A DNA stretch of 64,000 nucleotides from Phyllobates terribilis (Eukaryota): contig NW_027366852.1 of NCBI RefSeq assembly GCF_046119375.1, positions 1 to 64,000 of the forward strand. The letters run 5' to 3'. This document shows, in pieces, positions 50,645 to 63,425 of this stretch; the first letter of the stretch is position 1; each line of letters opens with the position of its first letter. Below the pieces are notes generated by a model, which searched no databases, had not been told where the DNA came from, and saw nothing but the letters and a program-made list of their open reading frames with translations. A program made the position numbers and the translations under genes.

Positions 50645-53600
50645 CTAGTTGGAGAAACTTTCATGATAAGGTTTTAACCTTTGACCGTTCACTTTGAAAA
50701 TGTTATGGTTTCTCTGGTCGAAAAGCTCCACCGCCCCATGAGGAAAGATGCGGGCTATCACATAGGGCCCGCTCCATCTAGAACGCAGCTTTTCTGGGAA
50801 GAGTTGAAGGCGTGAGTTGAGTAGGACCTTGTCCCCCTCATTGAAAGCCTTGCGCAGTATGTGATTGTCATGCCACGCTTTGGTCTTCCCTTTGTATATC
50901 GTCACGTTCTCGTACGCTTCTCGGCGTATCTCTTCCAGCTCATGCAGTTTCCAGTGCTCACGGGCTTCATTTATCTCCATATTACATTTCTGAACCGCCC
51001 ACCATGCTTTATGCTCGAGCTCCACTGGCAGATGACATCCTTTTCTGAACACTAGATGGTATGGGGACATCTCGATGGGTGTTTTGAATGCGGTGTGATA
51101 GGCCCATAATGCGTCATCAAGGCGGAGACTCCAATCTTTCCTATTTGGAGCAACTGTTTTTTCCAGCACCCCCTTGATTTTTCGATTGGAAACTTCGGCT
51201 TGACCATTGCTCTGCGGGTGGTACGTTGTAGAGATTTGCTGAGTTACTCCATATTTCTTTAGTAGAGCGTTGACCGTCTTATTACAGAAGTGGGTACCCT
51301 GATCGTTGATAATGGCCCTGGGAATTCCAATCTAGCAAAAAAAATCTCCTTAAGGAAACCTGCAACTACTTTTGAATCATCAGTTCTGGTGGCTTTTGCT
51401 TCCACCCATTTGGAAACATAGTCCACCGCAAGCAATATATATAGATTCCCAAAAGAGTTAGGAAAAGGTCCCATAAAGTCTATGCCCCAAACATCGAAGA
51501 TCTCATAAAAGACCAACGGTGTTTGTGGAATTTCATTCCTTCGGGATATTTTCCCTACCCGATGGCACCTATCACAAGTTTGACAAAAAGCATATGCATC
51601 TCGAAAGATGTGTGGACAAAAGGAATCAGTGTCAAGTACCTTTCTAGCAGTTTTATTAGGCCCGAAGTGCCCCCCACATGCATAAGAGTGACAAAAAGAA
51701 AGGACAGATTGTACCTCGTTATCCGGGAGGCATCACTGGATTACCTTATCCACGCAATGCTTCCACAAGTAAGGATCGTCCCATACATAATATTTCGCTT
51801 CACTCTTGATTTTGTCGCGTTGAGCCTTCATGTAGTTAGGAGGAAACTCCTCGCAAACTAGGTAGTTCACAATGTGTGCGTACCATGGCTTGAGGGAGCG
51901 GAGAGCAAGCATTTGAGCTTCGGAGGCATACATAAGTGATTCTGGGGTCAGGTCACGGTCATGATGGTGTGTCACGGTCGTGACATCTGGATCGGACTTC
52001 TCTGAGGGCGATTCACGATCATGATAAAAATCGTGACAATTTGTCACGGTCGTGACATGTTGTCTCGACCAAGACATCGGTCCAGTTTTCACAACTTTCG
52101 TTTGATTCATCTCAGAGGCCGCCATCTCGGTCGTGAGGGGGTATCTCGGTCATGACACGTGTAATTTCTGGGCACAAGAAATTTCAATTCGGCACAAGGA
52201 CTCGTCCAGAAAGTCGCCCAGCCTCGGTCTTGCCTCTTCACCACCATCATGAACAATGCGGATGAGATGGTCCGTCATGGAGTTCTCGGAACCCTTTTTG
52301 TCCTGAATCTCCACATTGAACTCACTCAACAATAAAACCCACCGGATGAGTCTAGGATTTTACTCCTTCTTCGTCATGAGGTAACGAATAGCTGCGTGAT
52401 CGGTGTGGATGATCACCTTAACACTAAGTAAATATTATCTGAATTTGTCCAGGACGTAGACTACAGCTAGCAACTCTTTTTTGGTAGTGGAGTAGTTCTT
52501 CTGGGTGTCGCTCAGGGTCATTGAGGCGTAGTATATAACATGCATTTCTCGTCCAACCTTCTAGCGAAGAACGGATCCTACGACATAGTCACTAGCGTCG
52601 CACATGATCTCGAACGGTAGGGACCAATCCTGCACTTTGATGATAGGAGTAGCAGTGATGTGTGATTTAAAGTGTTGAATGCAAGCTTACACTCGTCGGT
52701 GAAAAAAAAATCCACCTCCTTCTTCAACAACTCACATAGTGGTGTCGCGATCTTGGAGAAGTCTTTTATAAACCTGCGATAGAAACCTGCATGGCCTAGA
52801 AAAGAACGAACTTTGCGTACATTAGTAGGATAAGGTAAAGACTGAATTACATCAATGTTCTCCTTATCGACCTCAATCCCCTTAGAGGATACAATATGAC
52901 CCAACACAATGCCGTTATTGACCATAAAATGACACGTTTCAGAATTCAAGACCAAGTTGGTTTCGACACATCTTTGTAGCACAAGTGTCAAGTTATGCAA
53001 ACACGCATCAAACGAATCACCATGAACTGTAAAATCATCATGAATACCTCAATAAAATTCTCAACGTACTCGGAGGAGATGCTCACCATACATCGTTGGA
53101 ATGTACTGAGTGCGTTGCATAGTCCGAACGGCATTCTGCGGTATGCAAAGGTGCCAAAAGGACATGTGAAGGTGGTCTTCTCCTGGTTTTCTGGTGCTAT
53201 GGCCACCTGGAAGTAACCCGAGTATCCATCAAGAAAACAATAATATGCGCGACCTGCAAGACGTTCTAGCATTTGGTCAATAAAAGGGAGAGAGAAGTGA
53301 TCCTTACGGGTTACCGCATTCAGCTTGCGGTAGTCGATGCAGACACGCCATCCATTCTGTGTTCTTTGCGGCACCATTTCACCAGCCTCATTCTCCACTA
53401 CAGTGATCCCTCCCTTCTTCTTAACGACCTGAGTCGGGATGACCCACCGACTGACAGAAATTGGATAGATCATGTCAGCTGACAACAACTTCAGCACCTC
53501 TTTCTTCACCACATCCATCATGGGAGGATGCATGCAGGTGGAGGGGCTTATCCCTTTGATGTCAGCAATGGACCACCCTAACGTTGTGATGTTGCTCTTC

Positions 53601-56320
53601 AAGACATGCACCAGCTTGTCTTCCTGTTCCTTTGCAAGAGCACTTGAGATGATGATTGGAAAAGTGTTTCCTTGGCCAAGGAACGCATACTTTAGGTGCA
53701 AAGGTATCTCTTGTAGCTCAATGGTGGATGCTTGCACAATAGAAGGGAGCGGTTTCTCGCTCGAAAATGTAAGTAACACGGGCCCACCGACCAAAAGGGT
53801 ACCTGGAGCATCAAACTCAGCCAGGACCTCATGCACATCAGGGGATAATGTCATACCATGCTCTTTAGAGCTCACTATGCTATTTTCTACGAAAGATTTA
53901 AGTGAATCAATCTCACACACATCGAAAATTTCCTGCACAATAGGGTCAATCACATCAATAGAGAAAACAGAGTTATCATTCATAGGATGTTCCATAGCCT
54001 CAAATATGTTAAAGCTAACTATATCTCTGTCAAACTCAAGTGTTAGTGACCCACTTGCTAGATCTATTTTAGTATTAGCTGTCTTCATGAAGGGCCTACC
54101 CAGAAGGATAGGCGCAACTTGCTTGTCATGCTCCATATCTAGCACATAAAAGTCAGCTGAAAATATCAAATTATCAACCATTACCAACACATCTTTGACT
54201 ATCCTTTTCGGGTAAACCGTTGACCTGTCAGCAAGCTGAATCACAATCCCTGTTTCAGTCAGGGGTCCTAGCCCTAGCATCTTATATAATGAATAAGTCA
54301 TGACATTAATAGAAACACCCAGATCTAGCATGGCCTTATTAATCCTCTTCTCACCGATAATACAGGGAATACTAACCATACCTGGGTCCAAGCACTTCTT
54401 TGCTATCTTTTGCTGGATTGCCGCAGAAACTCTCTCGCTGACCTGCACCTTTTGTTTCCCTTTCAGCTTCTGGTTCCTCTTGATGGTGCAGAGCTCCTTC
54501 AATAACTTAGCATAACGAGGAATACTTTTAACGAGGTCAATCAAAGGGATGTTTACCTCACACTTACTAAACGTTTCGAAGAGTTCCTTTTCATTCGCAG
54601 GTCCGCGTGTGTCCTTCAAGGCTTCTGGGAATGGTGCAGGTGGTTTCTCGGAGTATAACGGAGGAAAGTTGGGCCTCACATAGTTTTCTTGCCGTATCTT
54701 GAAGTCACCTCTGTCCTCATAGTCGTCGCCAGCACCTACTGGGGCGGAGTCACGGTCATGATCACTAGGTTTCGGTCGTGACATTGAAGACTCAGGCTCG
54801 TCGTGTGCAGAAGGAGGACGTGACAATTGGTCACGGTCGTGATTAGCTAAAATGGGGATTAGTCTCGATCGTGACATACTGTCACGGTCGTGACCCTCTT
54901 CGTTGATTTTTTCGGAAACCAAATCACCGCCTTCTCGGTCGTGATCAACTTGTCTCGATCGTGACGTTTCCTCTGAGGCAAAATCTCCATCGTGACACCC
55001 CTGTCTCAGTCGTGACAACTGTTCAAACTCTTTCCGCAACATCTCTTCTTCTACCTTTTCTTCGAGTTTTCGTCCACTTCTCAAATGCATAGCGCTAATC
55101 TTCTCTCTCGGATTCCTCTCGGTTTGAGAGGAAAGATTCCTCGAGTTTTGTTGCGTGAGGTTAGAGACAGCTTAGGCCAATTGCCCAAATTGTTTCTCGA
55201 GACTCTTGATGCTTGATTTGGTTGTTTGGACATGAGTGGTGAAGTGCTGGGTCAAAGATCTGAGCATTTCCTCCATAGATGGCTCTTGGGGTTTCGATTG
55301 ATATGGAGCGTGGTAGTGGTTGTTTTGGTATTGATTTGGGTAGTAGCCTTGATTTTGTCCACCAACTGGATCATTCCTCCTAAAGCCAGGATTATCGTTA
55401 CCTCGTTGATTATAATTGTTATTTTGGTCGTAGTGAGGCCTAGGAGGTCCGAAACCTCCCACCGCGTGAACTTCAGCAACCGTCGGATCCTGGAGTTGCG
55501 GGCACATATCAGTAGGGTGGCTCTCATCTGCGCATATGCCACATAGTCGTGCTGGCTTCTGGTTTCCGATGGCCATCCCCTTTATCAAACTATTTAGTTC
55601 AGCAAATTCACTCTTCTATTCAGCCTCTCCGGAGCTTACAACACTAGCTCCTCTCTTTGTATAGGTCCTGCCAAAACTCCTAGTCCCTTCAGCTATTTTG
55701 TTTATTCGGGCTCTAGCTTCAGCAGGAGTCAAATTCATCACACTACCGTTAAAGGCAGCGTCTACTAGCCTTCTCTCATGATCAAGTAACCCATTGTGTA
55801 GGTGGGTCACCAAGTCTTTCTCCTCGAACCCATGGAATGGGTAGCTAGCGCATAATCTCGCGAACCTCTCGACGTAGTCTTATAGTGACTCGTCATCATA
55901 TTGCTCCACCATAACAATCGCTCTTTTCAAAGCAACAACCTTCTTGGAAGGGAAATACTTACTAAGGAAGGCTTTGTGTAGCTTCTCCCAAGTGTCGATA
56001 CTCCCTGTGGGTAGAAAATAGTACCATTGTCGCGCACTATCTTTCAATGTAAGACTGAAAGCTCTCATCTTTATCTTCTCATCGGTGACGTTACTCGGCT
56101 TACTACAGCTGCAGATATCGTGAAACTCACTCAAATGCATAATCGGGTCTTCCCCAACCAAGCCATGGAATTTTGGTAGCAGATTGATGAAACCAGTCTT
56201 GAGCTCGAACGTGACACCAGCATTTAGGGCAGGCAGCATTACTCCTAGGTGTTGTTGCATCAGGTCTGGGTCCGTAATTTGTCGCAGCATTTGATTTCCA
56301 GCCATGTTGTCAATCACCAA
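50645..56320 (-). pseudogene. Athila gag-pol (gag, aspartic protease, RT, RNase H, integrase) with stops and frameshifts
   Basis: LLPKFHGLVGEDP...ARQWY; AMLDLGVSINVM, PILLGRPFM; CIDYRKLN, FLDGYSGY, MPFGLCNA; FLGHAGFYRRFI; [36 protein letters not shown]. Confidence 0.92.
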
Positions 56321-56469
56321 GTCGTGAATCCCTTGCCATAAAGCCTACAGAAACGTCCGCTTTATCTCTGGATCGTAAACAAATAAATATGGATCAGTAG
56401 CGCGAGTGTGGGCCATAAGATAGGTCCACACTAAAGTAGTAACACAAATAGAAATAAATTATAAGAGTT

Positions 56470-56490
56470 GGCTCCCCGGCAACAACGCCA
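56470..56490 (-). promoter_or_regulatory. Athila primer-binding site
   Basis: Minus strand TGGCGTTGTTGCCGGGGAGC, close to the typical Athila TGGCGCCGTTGCCGGGGA. Confidence 0.8.
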
Positions 56491-56504
56491 AAATTTGATG
56501 ACAT

Positions 56505-57293
56505 TGTTAGTTGTATGAACTAGCCCCTTAGTTCATATAACTGATAATGCCTTAGTTTTAATGATAACAAACTACCTTATGATCTAATATGTGTATTCAG
56601 TGAGATATCGCAGGAAACCGATAGGCCTTTGAGTTACTTAGGAAGCCAAAGCGTGGAAACAACGAGCTTAAGAGAAGAGACAAGAGCGAGTTCAGCGAGA
56701 AGACTAGCGCTCAAGGCGCTTAACTAGGAGCAAGGGAACCAAAGGAAACTGAAGAGGACCGAACATTGAGAGTGAAGGATCGAGCTGCACAAAGTAACAC
56801 GCTATACAAGGGGGACGTGCTCAAGGGGATCGAAGACGTTCAAGGGGACCGAGCGCGTATTTATGGAAAGAAATCTTCCTTGAAGCTAAAGAAGGAAAGA
56901 GAACTAAAGAAGGAAAGAGTTGATTTGCCGAGAGATTTACCAGATTCGAGATCTTAACAGTTGAAGCTAGTTTGTCATTATATTGGATAGTTTAGATTTA
57001 ATACTTTATTTATTATTAGTCACTTGCTTTTACCATAGTATAAGTAATTTAGTTTATTATCCACATACTAGGGTTGTCTAACTAGAGAGAAAGAGTTCAT
57101 CTTGATTTAGAGCTTAGGCAATAGCTAGGAGAGTTGAGAGAAACTAAGAACTGTGTGTTCGCCTAGTTTTTGTAAGTCTCAAGAGAAATCAAATCAACCA
57201 GCGTTTTGGAATTGAAGTATTTACTTGTTCTTAGTCTTATATTCCGCACAAAAGATTTGATCTTTAGTTAGACTAAGTACTTCACGATCCACA
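56505..57293 (+). repeat. 5' LTR of the SIRE element
   Basis: Starts TGTTAG...ATGATAACAAAC and ends ACA 2 bp before the Met-i PBS. The partner LTR is outside the window. Confidence 0.8.
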
Positions 57294-57326
57294 ATTGGTA
57301 TCAGAGAAAGATCCAATTCCACTACG

Positions 57327-59150
57327 GCAATGAAGAACTCAGAGTTCAACCTCGGCATGTCCCTCAACAAACCTCACCAGCTTTGAGAAGGAGAACTTGA
57401 TTGGTGGATGGGAGTTCACACGACTTTCATCCAAACCCAAGACTACCAATGCTGGAAAATCACTGAACTTGGTGACGAAGTGCTCCCAGAACTGAAGGAT
57501 AGAAAGGATGCGCAACCAGAGCACTTCTCCAAGATGTTGAAGAATTCAAAAGCTCGACAACTAATTTTGTGTGGACTCTCTCGCACGGACATTGACAAGG
57601 TCATTGGCATTCCAACTGCCAAAGACATGTGGGAAGCTATCATCTCCATACACAGAGGAAGTGAATATTAGAAGGACACCAGAAAGTTCACGCTTCAAAG
57701 GGAGTTTCAATCCTTCAAACAACTCCCTGGGGGAAGTGTGTCGGCCTTCCAGTCGCGCTTCACCATTCTGGTCAGCAAGCTAACGGCCTCTGGTGTAACT
57801 ATTCCAGCCCCTGAGCAGACACTGGCTGTCATCTACGCTATGAGCGATAAATTCAAGCTCACTCGGAGAATCACACTCATGTCGCCAGATTGCAAGAAGC
57901 TTTCAGTCGTAGACATATTTGGCAAGTTCTTCGACCAAGAGAACGATGATTCGCTAAAGGGGCTCAAGAGAAGAGAAGCCACTGGAACAGCGCTGAAGCT
58001 CACGAAGGTTCTTGAAAAAATGGACATCAATGACGGTGAAGAAGACGATGACGATGATACAGAAGTCTCCCTTATGACTAAGATGGTTAAGAAATGGTTC
58101 AAGAAGAGAGTTGGACCAGGTGAAGCATCATCTTCAGCCTAGCGCGATCTCAAGGAGTACATGCTATAACTGCCAAGAGAAGGGCCATCGCGCCACGACG
58201 TGCACTAACCCAAAGGTAGAGGCCACTGAGAAAAAGGCGCTTTTCTCAGCTTGGGGAGAAGAAGATGATGAAGTTGACCTTCACGAAGGATTCCAAGGCA
58301 AATGTCTCATGGCCAATGCAGAGGCTCTCACCTCTGAGGTAAAAACTCCAGACTCCTTTCCTAATCGCTTGAATATGCTTGAAAAGAAAGACCTTATTAA
58401 TATGATTAAGGGGCTACTAGAGGATACTGAAGCCTTAGAATCTCAAGTCACTGAACATGAAGAGGAAGTTGTTGAACTACGTAGTGAATGTCTTGACCTA
58501 TCCACTAGGTTAGCTGAGAAAGAAAAGGCCTTAGTAAAATCTAGGGAACTGAGCTTGATGACGAAATCCTGCGAGGGCTGCAAGGGTAAGAAACCTCAAG
58601 GGGATCGTTAAAGGACCTAGAACTCAAGGTAGAACGCGACTTAGGGCTAATTCTTACTAAGATCACCGAACTAACTAAATCTGTTAATGAGAAAACTGTG
58701 AATCAAACTGTCTTTGTAAAAGCTAGACCTGGATTAGGATATGACGTAGACTCCTCCAAGTGCTCGAGTGCTAGTGAAAAGCTCACTAGAGAATTAAGTG
58801 AAAAAGATGAAACCTTAGACAAGGCCCTTCAAGTATGTAGAAGCAAAAATGAATTCTTAGCGAAAAAGGTTAAGGCACTTGAACAACCAGTAGGGGATGA
58901 CAATCACTGGTTTCATGGGGAAAGGGTTCATAAGATGTACGTGATCCAAGCCCAAGGGAATGCCACAAACACAATAGATCCTAAGATTAAGGATAGGAAA
59001 CCCTTTAGACCTGGAAAGGGCAAATATGGTTATGTGAAGTACAACGAATAGTGCAGGTTCTGTGGTAACAATGGTCACACTATACACTCTTGCAAGAAGA
59101 AGCAAGCTCTAAGTAAAAGGCATACAAGTCACCCACTCGCGCTATATGAG
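57327..59150 (+). pseudogene. SIRE gag, disrupted
   Basis: KARQLILCGLSRTDIDKV...AKDMWEAI, CYNCQEKGHRATTC, coiled coil, GLGY, CRFCGNNGHTIHSC. Confidence 0.85.
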
Positions 59151-59275
59151 AAGTGAGTAGCTTGAATGAAGCTTCTTACCTAGCGACTACCTCCTCATCT
59201 AAAGTCCAAAGGCTCGATCGTAGTACTTCTCCGTATACTAACCAGAACTAATCTACCCAGAAAAGCTGAGCTTCA

Positions 59276-62200
59276 ATGAGTTCCAAAACTTTGATTGCTT
59301 ATTTACAAGAAAACTTGAACAACGAGAGCAAATGGTACATAGACAGTGGCTGCTCATGTCACATGATTGGAGACAAAGAGAGATTAAGAAGTTTTCAAGT
59401 ATATGATGGTGGAAGCGTATCATTTGGCGACAAGAGAGCTAGAGAAATCACTGGACACGGAAAGGTACATCTAAATGACAAGATAGAGATCCAGATGGTG
59501 AACTTTGTGGAGAGCCTTCGTTACAACCTCTTAAGCGTAGCTCAACTTTGTGATGAGGGACCAAACAAAGTGACCTTCACTACCTCGAAGTGCTTTGTGA
59601 TAAATTCCATTGGGGAGATCATCCTAAGGGGGAAGCGAGTCAACAGCACTTACATCTTCGACTCCAGCTTCATCCCAAAAGGTCACCTTTGTCTCTCTAC
59701 TATTGAAGATCAAAAATAATTATGGCATCAACGACTAGGGCACATAAATCTTCATCTTCTACATAAGTTGCGTGCAAAGGAGCTAGTTCGTGGTCTACCT
59801 CTTATCAAGATAGACAACTTGACACACTATGCAAAGCCAAGCAGAACGTCACAACAAAGAAGCCCCTTGAGCTTCTTCACATGGACCTCTGTGTCCCAAT
59901 GCGCGTTCAAAGTCCTAGTGGAGCACACTATATATTTGTGATCATTGACGCCTACTCTAGGTTCACGTGGACCTTATTCCTGCGCTACAAGAATCAAGCC
60001 TCCTCGCGCTTCATAGAGTTGGTCGCCCTACTCGAGAATTATCTATCTCTGACGGTTCACTCTATAAGATCCGATCATGGAACTGAATTTGAGAATGGAG
60101 AGATGCTGAGCTACTGCGTTGAAAGAGGAATTGCTCACAACTTCTCAGCTCCTAGGACACCACAACAGAACGGAGTGGTTGAAAGGAAGAATCGAACGCT
60201 AGTAGAGATGGCGTGCACCATGCTTCTTCAAAGTGGTGTCACTCCCTCTCTATGGGCTGAAGCGGTGAACACTGCATGCTACATCACCAACAGAGCTCTT
60301 CTACACCCTTCTCTAGGCAAGACTCCCTATGAGCTAATCAAGGGATATCCTCTAAGCATATCTCATTTTAGGGTATTTGGATGCAAGTGCTACGTGTTGA
60401 ACAATGGGAAAGATAATTTAGCCAAGTTTGATGCACGAAGTGATGAAGCCATCTTTCTTGGCTATGTCCCAGCAAGCAAAGCGTACAAGGTCTTCAACCA
60501 AAGAACAAGAACCTTCGAGGAGAGCATACCCATAGTGTTTGATGAAAGCGCTTTCCTCACTTCCTCAACAAACACTTCCGATCCATTCCCATAAGTCGCC
60601 TCCTTTGAAGCCCCTTCAGATATCAATCAAGCACCTCCTTAGAAAGCCTTAAACCCACTTGCCCCTCCGTATATAGCCTCAGTTCCCTCAGGCCCTGACT
60701 CATACAGTGATAACGAAGGGCCTTCTACCTCAGACATTGATCAGAACACAGAGCTTCCCACTAGATCTTTTCAACAACAAGGTGCTCATCCTCCAACGAA
60801 CATGCTCATCCCAGTCCATTCTGTGATTCACACTCGCTCTCGTGTAGCTCGACTAGCTCCTTCAGAGACAATCATTGAAGCTCTTGATGAAGCAACTGAG
60901 GAAACTAGCCTTTGTGCCTTCAACGCCTCCGTCTCTCTCACTGAGCCTAAGAATATCAAAGAAGCCATCCTAGATCCAGATTGGGTGGCTTCCATGCAAG
61001 AAGAGCTTCATGAGTTCGAGCGAAACAAAGTCTGGAGCCTTGTTCCTAATTCCTCCAATCGCACCATCATAGGCACTTGTTGGGTCTTTCACAACAAGCT
61101 CGATGATTCAGGAGTTGTGGTCAGAAACAAAGCACGTCTGGTAGCACAAGGGTACAATCAACAATAAGGGATCGATTATGACGAGACCTACGCCCCAGTT
61201 GCCAGATTAGAGGCCATTCGACTTCTTATTGCCTTTACTTCGCACAAGGGCTTCAAGCTCTTTCAAATGGATGTGAAGACAGCTTTTCTCAATGGTGTGC
61301 TCAATGAAGAAGTGTACGTGAAGCAACCTCCAGGCTTTGAAGACTCGAATCACCCAGAGCACGTCTATTTCCTGGACAAGGACCTCTATAGGTTAAAGCA
61401 AGCACCAAGGGCATGGTATGAGTGTCTCTCTGAGTACCTCCTCGCCAACAACTACAAGAGGGGAACAATCGACAAGACGCTCTTCATCCAAGAACATAAA
61501 GGTGACATCCTAGTGGTTCAGGTATACGTTGATGATATTATTTTTGGTTCAACTAACATGTCGCTTGTAGAGAAATTCAAAGACGTGATGAGTAGCAAGT
61601 TCAACATGAGCATGATAGGGGAACTCAACTTCTTCCTTGGACTGCAAGTGGTGCAAAAGGCTGAAGGCATTCAAATTCATCAACAAAAGTATGTAAGGGA
61701 GATCATAAAGATGTTTGGAATGGACAATAGCAAGCCCCTTCACACTCCAGTATCCACAAACACTAAGTTAGACGCAAACCTTAACGGCTCCAAGGCGAAT
61801 GAAACACTCTATAGAGGTATGGTAGGATCTTTAATGTACTTAACTGCCTCTAGGCCCGATATTGTTTTTGTAGTGAGCTTGTGTGCACGTTTCCAATCTG
61901 ATCCAAGGGAGTCCCACATCGCCATCATCAAGCGTATCCTTCGTTATCTAAAAGGGACTGATAATCTTTGTTTATGGTACCCTAAGAACTGCGATTTTAT
62001 CCTTGTTGGATACACAGATGCTGACTATGCAGGATATCTAGTTGATCGAAAGAGCACCTCAGGTATGGCACAATTTCTAGGCCCTTGTCTCATTTCATGG
62101 GTCTCTCGCAAACAGAACTCAGTAGATGTGTCCACTACCGAGGCTGAATACATAGTAGCCGCTTCTTGTTATGCTCAACTCCTATGGCTCAAGCAACAAC

Positions 62201-62457
62201 TCACCGACTTTGGAATCTCTATGGGCTCGATTGAAATAAGGTGTGACAACACAAGCACGATCAACATCTCAAAGAATCATGTGCACCACTCTCAAACCAA
62301 GCACATTGACGTGCGTCATCACTTCCTTGGAGATAATGTGGAGAAGAAGCACATCGAGCTCACCCATTGTAGAACTGAGGATCAAATAGTAGACATTTTC
62401 ACCAAGGAATCGTTCATCAAGCTAAGACTTCACTTGGGCTTGATCCCCTTTCATTAA
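59276..62457 (+). pseudogene. SIRE pol (protease, integrase, RT, RNase H), several stops
   Basis: WYIDSGCSCHM; MDLC, RSDHGTEF, PQQNGVVERKNRTL; [27 protein letters not shown]; [24 protein letters not shown]. Confidence 0.93.
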
Positions 62458-63425
62458 GCATCTCCTTGCACGTAAGCCTTCTCCATTGATCTTGTGTAAA
62501 TCCAATGCTCCTTTTAATCTTGGGAACCTAGGACTAGTACGTGCGTGAACCTAGCCTATACTCTTAGGGGTATTCGTCCTTCGCATGCTCTGCGTGATGC
62601 TAAATGATAAATGCTTAGTTAGGCCCTCTCTAGGATTTCACTATTGCTTGCTAAAACTTCATCCATTTGCATGCTATTCATTTTCAAGCCCTTATATATA
62701 TGCACGATGATCGCTTCTTAACCTCATAATCAAGCCCCCCAGATATGATTCGTGCTTATAGGCTAATCCCTTAGCCTTGATCTTAATGTTACGTTTCCTA
62801 TGACCATATAAGCCACAACTTGGAATATTCATTGAGATGACAAAAAGCCTACCCATATATGCTTAGCACTTCTTGTTTTTAAAAGAGCTTTTATGTCCCT
62901 TTGTGTGTGTGAGACTATTATGTGCTTAGGCGAGTTGAATTATCCTACTGAGAATGGGAAATGAGACACAGCGCATCCTAGTATGGGGACCGAGTAAGTA
63001 GAAGAGATCACAAGCGCAGTTATTGAACTACATGTCCTTGGGGGCCGAGTAACTTAGATTTTAGTGAAGTGCGGATAACTTAAGGAACTGAGTATAGGGA
63101 CCGACAGAATTTTAGGGACCGAGCGTCTCAACGATCGACTATCTTCTAGGCACTCATTACTCGCCAGCCTACCAACGGTCACTTGCATCTGCGATAAACA
63201 AGGCGTCGTTCCAAATCTGAATTAAGGCCGTTGTGATTCGACTGTTCGACTCTCTCCATAAATAGCCCCTTCAACCAGATTTAACCCCCCCCCCCCTTCA
63301 CCACCTCTACAACTATTCACTCTTTTTCAACTTTCTCTATCCCAAGCAATCAACACTCAAACCTGCACCTCTTCACCACTCTCCCTTTCTCTACTTCCTA
63401 ACTTCTCCTCTCACAAACACAAACA

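Larger units (their letters stand above)
47571..56504 (-). mobile_element. Athila-type Ty3/gypsy retrotransposon; 3' LTR intact, 5' LTR interrupted by a SIRE element
   Basis: PBS at 56470-56490, gag-AP-RT-RH-INT order, PPT at about 49115-49126, LTR at 47571-49114. Confidence 0.92.

Noticed and set aside
53472-54149. Long antisense ORFs over TE and host coding regions (also 25850-26176, 45626-46138, 15774-16280)
   Set aside because: Shadow frames of real coding strands or of a LINE 3' UTR, with no independent evidence.
57296-57306. tRNA-like matches at the PBS sites
   Set aside because: These are short primer-binding complements, not tRNA genes. No cloverleaf is present.
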